Both the position numbers and the translations under genes were made by a program. Positions 47,155 to 58,310 of a stretch of DNA of 64,000 bases are shown piece by piece; the stretch's first letter is position 1; every line of letters starts with the position of its first letter. Source of the DNA: a virus; the IMG/VR virus record IMGVR_UViG_3300045988_117466, positions 32,001-96,000 of that record. The stretch is one strand, 5' to 3'. The notes beneath the pieces are model-generated. The model was not told the origin of the DNA and did not search any database. It saw only the letters and a program-made list of their open reading frames with translations.

Positions 47155-47542
47155 ACATTTTCCCTCCATAATTTATTTATAAAGCAATTATACATTATTT
47201 GACATGTTTTTCATAGAGAGAATATTTGTTTATCATATTTATCAGGTAATTTATCATTTCGATTTAAACATTACTGTACCGCCATTAGCTTGCGGCTCTA
47301 CTCCTCATAAGAGGATAGTCGTTGAACCTTATCCTATTCGGATCTTGGCTGCTGATTGTCCATTGTAGCAGAAGCAGGGGATTTAACCTCGCTTCCATAT
47401 AATTAATTCTTTTTACTTTCGTAGCGTTCACATCTAGGCATATTTCATCCTTCTGTTGTAGCTTAATTATCTTTAAGACTTTCCAGCAATTAGATAAATT
47501 TTCACATATGTATTACTACATAAGGTCGCATATGTGGTTTAT

Positions 47543-50500
47543 ACGACAAGTTCGTCTCCTAATTCTCCTGTAAGAGCTCGTTCATCTTGTTTTAATCCCC
47601 AATCGCCACCATTAGCATGAGCATCTCCAGCAGATGATTTGAGCTTATCCGTTTTCTCTTGTAAATATTTGTTCTTTTCAGCCTGCACAACAGGATTAAT
47701 TTCTGATAAATCAGAGATTTTTGTTGTTCCCATCGCAAGAGCACGGCTTCCAAGCTTCTTAATTGTTCCGTGAGCAAAAGCACCAAATTCTTCAATATCA
47801 TCAAGCTCATTGTCGTACCAGTCTGTTAAGTCATCAACAGTACCTTGAGCGAAAGCATTTGAATATGGAATGAAAGATCCGTGTGCATTTGCTGTACCAT
47901 GGGCTTTGCCTTTCTTTTTTTTCTTTCCTGAGCTTTTCTTACCTCCTGAGGGCTCAGAAGGAGTACTACCAGTAACGAAATCAACAATTCGAGTGATATG
48001 TTTTGCTGCCCATCCTGCGATTGTTCCATCAGCAAGAGAGGTGTCCGCCTTAAGTTGTGCAGTGTTTGTAACTTTTTGGCTTTTCCATTCCTGAACTTTT
48101 TGATTCGCTTCAGTAATATCTCCTTTAAGATGTCCGGTTTTATCAACCTCAATCCCAAGGTATTCTAAAAGCTTTTGATTAGCTTTAGAAGCATCTACGT
48201 CTAATTTTCCTTCTTTGTCAATTGGAATATTTAAAAAATCAGCTATTTCTTTGGTGGCTTTTTTAGTATCTGCATCAACTTTAACGGTTGTAGACTTCTT
48301 TCCGCCTTTGCCAAGATTATCAATATCTTGTTTTGCCTTTTTGGTATTAGCCTTTACTTCAATAGTAACTTGACCTTTTTTCTTATGTTTATTGTATTCA
48401 TCAACAAGACGTTTAATCTCTTTATCAATCTTATCATTGCCAGTTTTTTCTACGGTATTATCTTTGCCAACCTTAAGTCCAGATTTTAACTTATTAAGTT
48501 GAGTGTTTAATCCAGATTTTGTTTTGATTTGCTTTCTAAAAACACCATTATCACTTTTGCCACTGACCATATTGGCAGTTTCTTTTTCAAGTTTAGATAC
48601 AGTTGTGTTTAAATTTTTGATTCTGCTTTTTAATTTACTTTGAGCTTCATTAAGTTTTTTCTTTGCACTTGCTTTATCATCGTCAGTTTTAGCATCTTTC
48701 CAAGTATCATAAGCATTGCTATAATCCTTTTGAGCTTTCTGTACAGAATCTCTAGCAGATTTAACTTTTTGATAAGAATTTTTCTTCCAGGATTCATATT
48801 TTTCGGTAGAATCTATAGCGTAATGGTTTTTGTCAGCTGTTGATTTAGCATTTGTAATAATTGAGTTACCATATTCAAACGCCTCTTCAGAATACTTATT
48901 ACCATATTTGTTTACAAGCTTTTTATCATTGGAATCAACAGCTCCTTCAAATTTGCTTTCTGCATCTTTAAATTCAGCCTTATCCTGAGCAATCTCAATC
49001 TCAAACTTTAACTTCTTGACCATCTCATCTGGGATATCTTCGCCAGCGTTTTTCAGTTTAAGAATCTGCTGTCTGTAATCCTCAATCTGTTCTCCTAATG
49101 CTGTTTTACCAGCACCATCTTTCATATTTTTCCATTTATCAACCAGTTGGTCAACATAACTTTCAGCTTTTTCGTACTGTTCTGTAACAGATTTAAAATC
49201 AATCTTACCACCATAATCTTTTAAACGATTCAGTACAGCTTCGAAAGGTTCAATACCCATACCCATTGCTTTAGCGGCAGTAGCAGTATTAGTGATCTTT
49301 CCAGAATATGTACCTTCAGCAGTTTTCTTTAAAGTACCAAAATCAGTATTAGCTTTTTGGGATTTGGCAGATAAATCATCTAAGAATTTAACCAGACCGC
49401 TATCATCAGAAGTAAAATACTTAGTAGTCTTAGCCCATGTCTTATCAAAAGTAGCAGCATCAGTCTTACCAGATGAACTCATAACACTTGTCAATGTTTT
49501 GAAATCATCTGTTCCAATAAGTCCTTTGTCACGTTCTTTCTTCTGAGCATTGAATGCTTCACGCATTGCTAAGTAAGTATCACCAGAGTCAGCTGTTTCT
49601 TTTGCTTGAAGATAATCACTCCAAGTAGACTGAGAGTTTGCCTGATTGATTAATTTAAGACGCTCTTTCAACTGATCAAGACTACCTGTCCATTTCTCAG
49701 TTTTAGAATTTAAGATATCAAAGGCTTGAGATGCTTCAGTAAGATTCAAACCATCAATGAAAGATTGAGTATCTTTATTATCACCAAGCTTTTCCTTGAT
49801 ATCTTCAATCATTGATTGAACATCTTTACCATCTTTTAAAAATCCTTCAAAATTTCCTTTATCGTCTAATTTGAAATCAACATTAAAAGAATCAGCCAAA
49901 GATTTGTTTAATTGCTCAATACTAACCCCATCATCTGTGGCAGCCTCTTTAAGCTTATCATAAGCATCTTTGGTATTATTGAGCCAATTCTGAACACCCT
50001 TGTTACTAGATTTATCATAGCTTTTAATAAACTTATCAAGAGCTCCTTGTGCTTTATCATCTTTAGCAAATTTCTTTGCTGCAGCAATAGTATTTTCTCG
50101 TTGTTCCTTGACCCAATCTTTATCTTTTAGATTATCTCTAGTCGCAGTATCTATGTTATAAGTATTAGATCCTAATCCTGTAAGGAAGCTTTGAGCACGA
50201 CTACCCAATTTATTATAATCAGTAATACTACCTGGCAATGAAGTGGCAATATCTTGATTGTATTGATCAAGAGCCTTTTGGGTTTTAGTAAGCCCAATTT
50301 TATATTTTTGAGCATAACCTGAGATTTTAGCGATTTCTTCACTAAGATCAGTTCCCTTAGGTAAATAGTCTTCAGTTTTATCCAAGATCTGCTTATATGA
50401 ACCAATAAATTTGTTCATGTCAGCTTGTTTGTATAAATCGAAGGTTTGATCCTTTGGTAATTTCAACACATCTTTGGCAGCCTTGTTGAAAGCAGTAGTT

Positions 50501-51531
50501 AACTGGCTGGTTTTATCGCCTTGCAGACCGTTTCTTAACTGAGTAGTTAAGGTGTCCATGTCGTTGCCCCAGAACTTATCAACACCAGTTCCAGAAGCTT
50601 TCTTAACATTCTCTATGTTACCTTCAACTAACTTGTCCCAAGTTTCATCAGAAGCATATTTCTTTTGTGCGCTTTCTTGTTTCTTCTCCTGAGATTCAAT
50701 CGCTTTGTCCATCAATCCAGATGTTTTAGCAATTGCATTTCCTTCTGCATCATATCCTGAAATAAGAGAAGGAGTAGTATCTAAAATTTCCTTGCGGATA
50801 CTTAAGAATCTCTCATAAGAAGAAGTATCTAAACTGATGTTATTACCGTATTCGTCTACACCTTTGGATAAAGATTCAAATTCTACTTTATTCCCTTTGA
50901 GAGTGGAAATATTACTTTGGACATCAGACATTTTGTCCTGATAAGTGCTACGGGTTTTATCAGCTTTTTCTACCTTATCTTTGTCATAAGTAGCAGCTTT
51001 CTTAATGTTTTCAATTCCTTTAGAAAGAGCACTTCCTGCAAATTCCATGATTAGACTTGCACCTAATCCTAATAACACATTTGCGGCAAAAGCACCAGCC
51101 TTAGCAGCTATGCCAGAAGCTTTAACATTTTCCACGAAACCTGCTAATCCACCTGCGGCAGATTGAGCAATGCTACCAGATTTTTCAACCTCTTTGTTGA
51201 ATTCTTCAAGACCTTTTCCATAACTATTTTTCTTATCACTAAGATCATAATTATTTTGCTTAGCTTGACCGTAAAGAGTACTAGCTGTATCACGACCTTT
51301 TTCAGTCTTCATTTCATCCTGAAGTCGCTTAAACATGTCCTCTTTTTCTTTGGTAGACTTATTACCAAAGATTTCAGGAACCATGCTGTTACTAAAGAAA
51401 TCCTGCAATCTACTTTGATCAGACTGCATATTCTCATAATTAGCCTTACGTCTTGTAGGACTAAGTGCATTCAGAATAGCACTACCAATTGGAAATTCAT
51501 TTTTACCAGTTTCTTTATTGTACTGTACAAG
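47543..51531 (-). CDS. tape measure protein, exon 2
   Basis: No ATG or RBS at the 5' end. Gly/Ala-rich hydrophobic segment (AAGGLAGF...AANVLLGLGASLIMEFAG), long coiled coils, ending ...GELGDELV(V). Confidence 0.7.
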
Positions 51532-51901
51532 CAAACTGTTTACTCAAGGGCAGGGAAATACCCTATTTTCACACTGGTAAAATATGTATTTGACAATCAC
51601 TAATGCAATATTCTATACTAATTATGTAACAAGAAATATGTATCATATCTCAAAGTAATAACACACATGGGGCTCACAATTCAGTGAGCCTTTTGTGTAT
51701 CTGAAATTAAAGGAGAAGAGAGGTTCATAAAGATACCTCTTTTTCGCAATTAACCTTGCAATATTTGGAAACATAAGTTATAATTAGAAACATCATGGAA
51801 TAATTAGTTCCCCAATTAATTATTTTCATACTAAAGGCATTCCTAGGAGGTAGGGATGCCTTTTCTCCATTTATGGGGTAACGATTCGTTCACCCATCAA
51901 A

Positions 51902-52708
51902 TTAACTTTCTAACTGATCTTCCAGATCCTTAATCTTAGAATCTCTAAATGCAATTTTCTTTCCAGTACTACGATGATTTGTTTCTATGTATCTACGTTT
52001 CAGATTGTTTAGTACATACTCTGCAGTCATTCTGTACATTGGATTTAGAGAACCAGAAGTTTCAATAATCGATTCAAGTTTATCATCGATCATTGTTACG
52101 ATTTTCTGCTTATACTCAGTTGCATTTAGTTTTCTATGATACTCATAGCGGTCTTTCTTTTTTAAATGAACGTGAACATCAATGATCTTATCAACAGTGG
52201 CTTCCAGATTTGTGTAATCAGATTCTAAAAGAACACGATCAATGTTGCGTACAGAATATTTAATTTTATCTGCATCATACTGTCTCTGAAGCTGACATTC
52301 ATCTGAAACTGCTACATCATATAGATCGTTATTATCTTGCTGAAGTTGTGTGATCAGCTCAATCATTCTCTCAAAAGCATCTGTGTATCTAGCTGTAAAG
52401 ATAAGAGCTTTGTTACCAGTAAACTTGTTTACCAGCATTGCAAATCCTTTACGATCAATATAATACATAGGACGCTCCTGGTTATTTAAATCAAGATAAG
52501 AGCCGAGGGAAAAATTTCCGGCGGCTAATTCAGGGATAACTTCTATAAAATGACGAATCTTTTTCATTACATCTGCATGGTCTTTCCCATAAGTCTCAGC
52601 CACATTGAGAGAAGTGGTGTACACATCACCATTGATCTCTTCAAGACCAAATTCCTCATTAATTTCTGCGATTTCACATTCAATAGCTTTCTTTGTTTCT
52701 TTTAACAT
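51902..52708 (-). CDS. Rha-family phage regulatory protein (intron cargo)
   Basis: TSLNVAETYGKDHADVMKKIRHF...PMYYIDRKGFAMLVNKFTGNKALIFTARYTDAFERM matches the Phage_pRha pattern. Confidence 0.65.
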   Translation of the reverse strand: MLKETKKAIECEIAEINEEFGLEEINGDVYTTSLNVAETYGKDHADVMKKIRHFIEVIPELAAGNFSLGSYLDLNNQERPMYYIDRKGFAMLVNKFTGNKALIFTARYTDAFERMIELITQLQQDNNDLYDVAVSDECQLQRQYDADKIKYSVRNIDRVLLESDYTNLEATVDKIIDVHVHLKKKDRYEYHRKLNATEYKQKIVTMIDDKLESIIETSGSLNPMYRMTAEYVLNNLKRRYIETNHRSTGKKIAFRDSKIKDLEDQLES

Positions 52709-52793
52709 AATTCAATTTCTCCTTTTAATATAAACTTAATTTCAAAAGGGGTCGCATTTCACGACCCCCTATCAACAACAATCTCACCAAACT

Positions 52794-53600
52794 TTAATCT
52801 TCAAGATCCCCAACAACTCTGTAAACAAGTTTCTGACCTTTACCAGTTACATAAGTCTGTGGAACAATCACATTGCAAATCACATGTTCACCAACTTCAA
52901 AACATCCGTTCTCAACGTATCTCTGATATGGCATGTTGTCCCGCATCAGGATTCCATTACTTCTCAGAATCTCAAAAAGACGATTCCTTCCAATGTCATA
53001 TCCATCATTCTGCAACAATTTGGCCATTGTGTTCATGTCGATCGTATCAGAAGAAGCAGTAACACATCTTGCAAAATCTACATCTTCTTTGGAAGCTTCA
53101 AGTTCTCCACGAAGCTCTGCGATTGTAGCTTGCTGAATTTCTAATGCTTTGAGTACAAACTCAGCTTCAGACAGATTTTTATATGGAATGTATCCACCTG
53201 TACGTCTGATCTGTGGAAGAACTTCAGATGTTACCCATCTTTTGAAACGATGTAATTTTTCAATTCTCTCTTCAATAAGGGGGTCATTTTGTGACACCCC
53301 CTTTGCTTTAGCAGGTTGCATTAAGAATAATAATGAATATAGTCCTGATTCATTAAGAACTGTGATGTTTTGCATTCCTCCAGCGGTTTGAATTTTTGCC
53401 ATTGTTTTGTCAGCTTTGTCAATTCTACGCAAGCTACGCTTGTGATTTGTATCTCCAAAAGCTATGCATACATCTTTTCCAACAAACCAAGGTTCATTGT
53501 CAATCTCAACGCATCTGATTGATCCAAATTCGTCATTTACGAAGTTCATGATCTGATTGTTATTTCCTACTTCATTTTCTGCTTTTGTTAAATTTGCCAT
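52794..53600 (-). CDS. Bro-N / KilA-C (ANT) antirepressor-like protein (intron cargo)
   Basis: FGSIRCVEIDNEPWFVGKDVCIAFG...ESGLYSLLF...FKRWVTSEVLPQIRRTGGY is Bro-N. The C-terminal MAKLLQNDGYDIGRNRLFEILRSNGIL is KilA-C-like. Confidence 0.7.
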   Translation of the reverse strand: MANLTKAENEVGNNNQIMNFVNDEFGSIRCVEIDNEPWFVGKDVCIAFGDTNHKRSLRRIDKADKTMAKIQTAGGMQNITVLNESGLYSLLFLMQPAKAKGVSQNDPLIEERIEKLHRFKRWVTSEVLPQIRRTGGYIPYKNLSEAEFVLKALEIQQATIAELRGELEASKEDVDFARCVTASSDTIDMNTMAKLLQNDGYDIGRNRLFEILRSNGILMRDNMPYQRYVENGCFEVGEHVICNVIVPQTYVTGKGQKLVYRVVGDLED

Positions 53601-53767
53601 ATTAAATTCTCCTTTTCTTCAGAAAGGTGCACCAAATGGCATAGAACAGATGGTGCTGATGATTTGCTTATCCTTCTATGCATATATGGCTAATTTACTA
53701 CCCCTTTAAAACACCAGGCTCTACCTAATGTTTTAAGACTCAATTAATGTGGTAAGTCTGCTAGAGC

Positions 53768-53796
53768 AGTATAAAAAGAGTATTAAATTATGTTAA
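53768..53796 (-). promoter_or_regulatory. candidate promoter inside the intron, upstream of the Bro-N gene
   Basis: Minus strand: TTAACA, a 17-nt spacer, then TATACT. Confidence 0.35.
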
Positions 53797-54233
53797 TGAG
53801 TATTTATAATATATCATATAAAATTCATTTCCCTATGTGCAAGCATGTTTCCATGCTGATAATTTTCTAGCGGCACATTCGCATACAGTTCTGATCATCC
53901 CTTTCTGATGTCACTCGTAAGGTGAGTTAACCAGATTCCCATTATGATCGATGGACGTTCCTCTAATATAGAGGCTTCGCTGCGGATTCTGTATAAATAT
54001 TGATCTTATTACTATATCTTAGGAATTACCCCTTGCCCTTAATACATCACTGTACTAAGTTAGTAATCAATATCGTTTAACAGTTCCCGTACATAAATTA
54101 TCAAAAAGTATTTCAGTTTCGGTTGTTTTCTAAGCAATCTCTTATTTGTATCACCATTTCGATACAAACTCGTTCTGTGTTACCACTAGATTGCTCTGGG
54201 CATTGTACATGAGGACAACTGATAATTTGCCCT

Positions 54234-57200
54234 ACCCAGCTTTCCTTTCGCTCCTGCGACTCCTAAAGCACCCATAAAGGCTGTTCTAAGAAGCCCAGCT
54301 TTAGTTACTAAATTTGTTATTTGAGTTCCAGCATCTACAAGTCCTTTGATAAAATCAGAAGAAATAGAAGTGTTCCACATTTCTTGGAAACTTGCTGTCA
54401 GCTGATCAACTTTACCTTGGATGGAATCAAGTTGAGTTTCGTTTTCACGAAGAGCTGATCCTTCTGAGTTTTGTGTTTCGTTGTAGACTTTTTCAAGCAT
54501 CTCTGGCTTCTGTAAAATACTGGCAACAATATTAGCTCTATTTTTTCCTGCAATTTTCTCTAAAATAGAAGCTTGTTTAAGGTCACCACCATCGGTAGAA
54601 CCAATTTCGCTCCAGATCTTACCCAATCCAAGTAAAAATTCATATGGATTTTTATAAGATCCATCATCTTTTAATAAATCAAAGCCTTTGTAGTCGTTTG
54701 ATGCTACTTTAGTTTGATTTTTAATGAGATCTCTCAACTGAGATGTGTTCTGAATGTAACCATCAACATCTTCACCTGCTTCTTGAAGCACATTCATATC
54801 AGTGCCTCGAATTCTTAAGGATACTGTTTTTAAACCAGCTCCAACGCTCTCAGGATTTTGCACGACGGAATTCCCAACTGTAGTAAGAGCAACTGACTGT
54901 TCATAGTTAGCACCTGCCGCCTGTAAAGCACTAGCAGATCTCTGTAATGAACTAGCAATCTCATCTGATGAAATAGGCTCTAAGTTACCGATATTATTCA
55001 AAACATCAACAACATTCTCTACATCATCAGCACCCTTATCGAATCCCTGCATAATAGAAATCAATGCATTAGTAGCATCATCTACCTGCTCAAATTCTGA
55101 TACATTCATGAGAATACCTGTCCACTTAGACATCTTCTCAGAATCTTGTGTGTTATAACCTAATCTAGCCCAGTCAGCAGTAGATTTGGTTAATTCCACA
55201 GCATCTCTACCGATATCTTTACCAGTAGCATACATATCTTTTTCGACAGTAGCATAAACATCACTCGTATCACTTGTGACTTTCTTTAACTCTGTCATTG
55301 CAGCATCCATTTCTTTGATGCTTTCAATTCCTTGTTGGAATCCTTGCCATACGACATCGATTCCACCCATTGAGATCAAGTACTTACTTAACTTAGTAAC
55401 TTCTTGACCCATATCTCCAACAATTTGTCCGAACAAACTCTTATATTCAGAACGACTCTTAAGCTGTGATCTAGCAATACCAGTATCCTGATTAAAATTA
55501 ATAGCATACTTTTCAAGCTTTCCATCATCTCTTGATCTTGCTTTGATATAAGCAGCCATTCCATTTCTACCCATACTGGTTTCAAGAATGTTACTGTTTA
55601 CACCAGAAGCTCTAAATAATTCTTCAGCTTTAGCTTCATTGAAATCATTTAAGGATAATCCTTCTCCGATAACAGTTCCCTGATTGTTCTGGAGCTTAAA
55701 TTGGTTTCTAAGTCTACCATGTTCAGTAAGCTCAGCGTTCAGTCTATTAAGCTCTCTAATATCTTCCTCAATTTCTTTATTGTCAAAGAAAACATCTCCA
55801 CTATGTTTTTCTTTTAAATCTCTAATTCGGTTAACTGTAGCTTCAACCTTAGTCGCAAATTCTGTTGTATATTGTTCAAGATCTTGACTAACAATGGTCT
55901 TTGATAAAGCTCTGTCAGCAGCATTTTTAACACGATCAGATTTAGGATTAGTATTCCCTAATGCTGTACCATCGTTTGCTCCACCAACATTTCCACCGGC
56001 TAAAACCTTGTTCATGTTCTTCAAGCCAGTAGCAATCTCACCAGTAAGATTAAATTTCTTATTTAAGTTATCAACCAGTCTTGTAACTTCACGAATTGAA
56101 CTACCAATACCAGCAAAAGCACCTGCGATCTTAGCAGAATAAGCAGTAGACTTGTCAGCTAGATTAGCAATCTTATTTGTCATAGTCTCAATATCAGAAG
56201 CTTTCTTGTCTGTAAAAGACTGTCCTGTATTGAATTTAACTTTTAAATCAAGATTCTTTTTCAGATCATTGATAATCTTCTCAACAGTAACTAAATCGTC
56301 TAATACAGCATCAGTATTGATACCAACTTTAATAGGCTCAGAAGCTTTTTCTCTTAAAGAAGTAAGCTTGCTTTCGGCTTGTGTTAACTCTTCATCATTA
56401 ACATTGATGTCAATTTTTGTGTCTCCGCTGTTAGAATCCTCTTTAAATTTTTGAGTTGAAGTAATAGCTTTCTCAAGATCTTCAACATTGCCTTTAAAAT
56501 TAACCGCAACGTCAATAGCATCCTTAGAGCGAAGTTCATTTACTTGTTGAAGAATGTTATCAATATTCTCTGTATTAGCTTTAAAATTAATAGTAATATC
56601 TATATTTTCTTTTGATCTTAGTTCATTAATTTCTTGTAAAATTGTATTGAACTCGGAATCGTTTGCTTTAAGATTAACAACGATATCTTTGCCTTCGTAA
56701 GAAGCAATCTTTTCATCAACCTTAGCCAATGCAGATTCTAACTGAGAAGTGTCAGCAGTAACTTTTACAGAAGATTCTTTAGGGTGTTCACTTTCTGTAA
56801 CACTGTTTGTCTTAGTTTCAGTAACATTTCTGCTTGGAAATTCACGAATTGCATCTTTGTTTTTGCTTAACCATTCACGGCTTTCTTGAGACCAAGGAGT
56901 TTCAATAGTAGCTCCTTTTTCAGCTTTAATAGATGTGTATGTATCAACAGTTTTAACAGCTTCTTGAAGACCTTTGGCTTCCTCGGCATAGATATTTTCT
57001 CCGTTCTTAATCTTTTCATTGAATTTCTGGATATATTCTCTAGCGCTTTGGAAAGTACTGATCAGGTCTTTGTTACTCATGTCTTTCATGTCAGCAGGCA
57101 TTTCAAAATCTTTATCAACTTCCCTTTGATGGAGTTCTAATTTTTTAACTGCTTCAGATAAGAATTGTGTAATATTTTTATCAACAGCATGAGTAGTAGA

Positions 57201-58307
57201 ACCTTCTTCTGGCTGATAATTGCTTAGTATTTTACTGTAATACTCGGCTTTCTGTAATTCCTCATCGGTAAGAGTTTCACCTTTGGATTGTTTTTCCATC
57301 AGGTTCTTACTGCCGGCTTTTGCACCGTTGTATTGTTGAGGACTAATTGCTTGTCCTTCTTGAAATTTATATGGTTTACTAGAGTCAAACCCAGAAATCA
57401 AAATACCTTCTTGGGCTAAAATATCACTCCATTGTTTATTGAATTGGTTTTTAAGTTTATTGGTTACTCCTGTAGTCTTTTTGATATTTCTATCAGTGCT
57501 AGTCATAGCCTGAGTAAGAGCCTTATTAACCTGTTTAACAACATCCTCTTCGATCGGAGATAAAATATTTTTTAAGTCGATTCCCTGGGCTTGGAACAGG
57601 CTTTTATAACCTTCTGTACCTGCAAAATCAGTTTGTCCTGTTAGCAATTCTTTTATAAACTTTTGCCTAGAAGTAATAGTATTTCTTAACTCACCAGCCT
57701 GTTTGAGCATTTCATCGTTCTTACTCCAATCAGAATTTGACATTAAACCATGCAGTTCTTCAAAAGCTTTTCCAATATCTTCTTGAGCTAGCATTCCAGC
57801 CATTGCATATTCTTTAAAATCATTTAAAGAGATACCATTTTTAGAATTACCATGTAATTCGTTATATTGTGTTTTAGATTCGTTGTAAAAATCTTTATAT
57901 TTATCTTGCTTATAAGTCTTTTTTTGTACTTCGTGTACCTTAGAAGCAGCTCTTGTGGCAAGATCACTGTCCTCGTAGCTACGTTTAGAAACCTTGCTTA
58001 AATTGTCGTTCTTAATTTTTTCAAGATCATTGTAAGTAGTTTTAAGATTCTTTAACTTCTTTTCTGCATCGGCCAAATCTTTAGATTCATATACAAATTG
58101 AAAATTTGTTAATCCAGTTTTATCAATATAACTTCTGATGCTTTTAGCAACTTTATCCATAGAGGATTTATTGATATTAGCACCAATAGGTACTTGGACT
58201 TGTTTAAAACCATTTACTACTTCGCTTTTAGCTTTTTCTAAAGAGGCTTGATCAACGTCAACCCCCATAGAGGCAGTAAAAGAAATTACTTGTGTAGTTT
58301 CTGCCAT
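54234..58307 (-). CDS. tape measure protein, exon 1 (contains the TP901-type TMP core region)
   Basis: RBS GGGGGTGAAATAATAA precedes the ATG. DDATNALISIMQGF...SSDEIASSLQRSASALQAAGANYEQSVALTTVGNSVVQNPESVGAGLKTVSLRI matches the TMP core. The exon ends ...GVAGAKGKLG. Confidence 0.75.
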
Positions 58308-58310
58308 TTA

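Larger units (their letters stand above)
45190..47542 (-). mobile_element. group I intron (T4 td-like core) in the tape-measure gene, carrying two secreted-protein genes
   Basis: Read on the minus strand. P1 pairs exon GUCGU with GCGAC (47525-47529). P is AATTGCTGGAAAG (47479-47491). Q is AATCAGCAGCC (47347-47357). R is GTTCAACGACTATCC (47313-47327). S is AAGATATAGTCTGAAC (45253-45268). The 3' end is ...AACATAATTG. Confidence 0.8.
51532..54233 (-). mobile_element. probable group I intron in the tape-measure gene, carrying Bro-N/KilA-C and Rha-family genes
   Basis: Read on the minus strand. P1 pairs exon CUGGGU with GCCCAG (54196-54201), with U.G at the splice site. Directly 5' of it, UGUACAA (54203-54209) is complementary to exon-2 positions 2-8 (UUGUACA), giving P10. 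The terminal base is G at 51532. A P2-like nested hairpin AGCAATCT...AGATTGCT is present. The catalytic core was not confidently mapped. Confidence 0.6.

Noticed and set aside
51532-54233. Group II intron or intein as the explanation for the exon 1 / exon 2 gap.
   Set aside because: There is no GUGYG 5' end, no recognisable domain V and no reverse-transcriptase ORF. The insert contains separately initiated genes and stops in the TMP frame, which rules out an intein.
56470-56700. Tandem ~30-aa repeats in TMP exon 1 (…NELRSKENIDITINFKANTENIDNILQQV / NELRSKDAIDVAVNFKGNVEDLEKAI…), considered as a separate repeat feature.
   Set aside because: Internal tandem repeats are a normal property of tape-measure proteins as length-determining modules, so they are not an independent element.
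41760-58307. The alternative reading that the three tape-measure-like ORFs are three independent proteins separated by ordinary moron insertions.
   Set aside because: ORFs 2 and 3 lack an SD and a plausible start codon. A conserved-looking TMP motif is split exactly at the ORF 2 / ORF 3 boundary. The intervening RNA has group I P/Q/R/S elements, or P1/P10 guide pairing. This reading still needs experimental exclusion.
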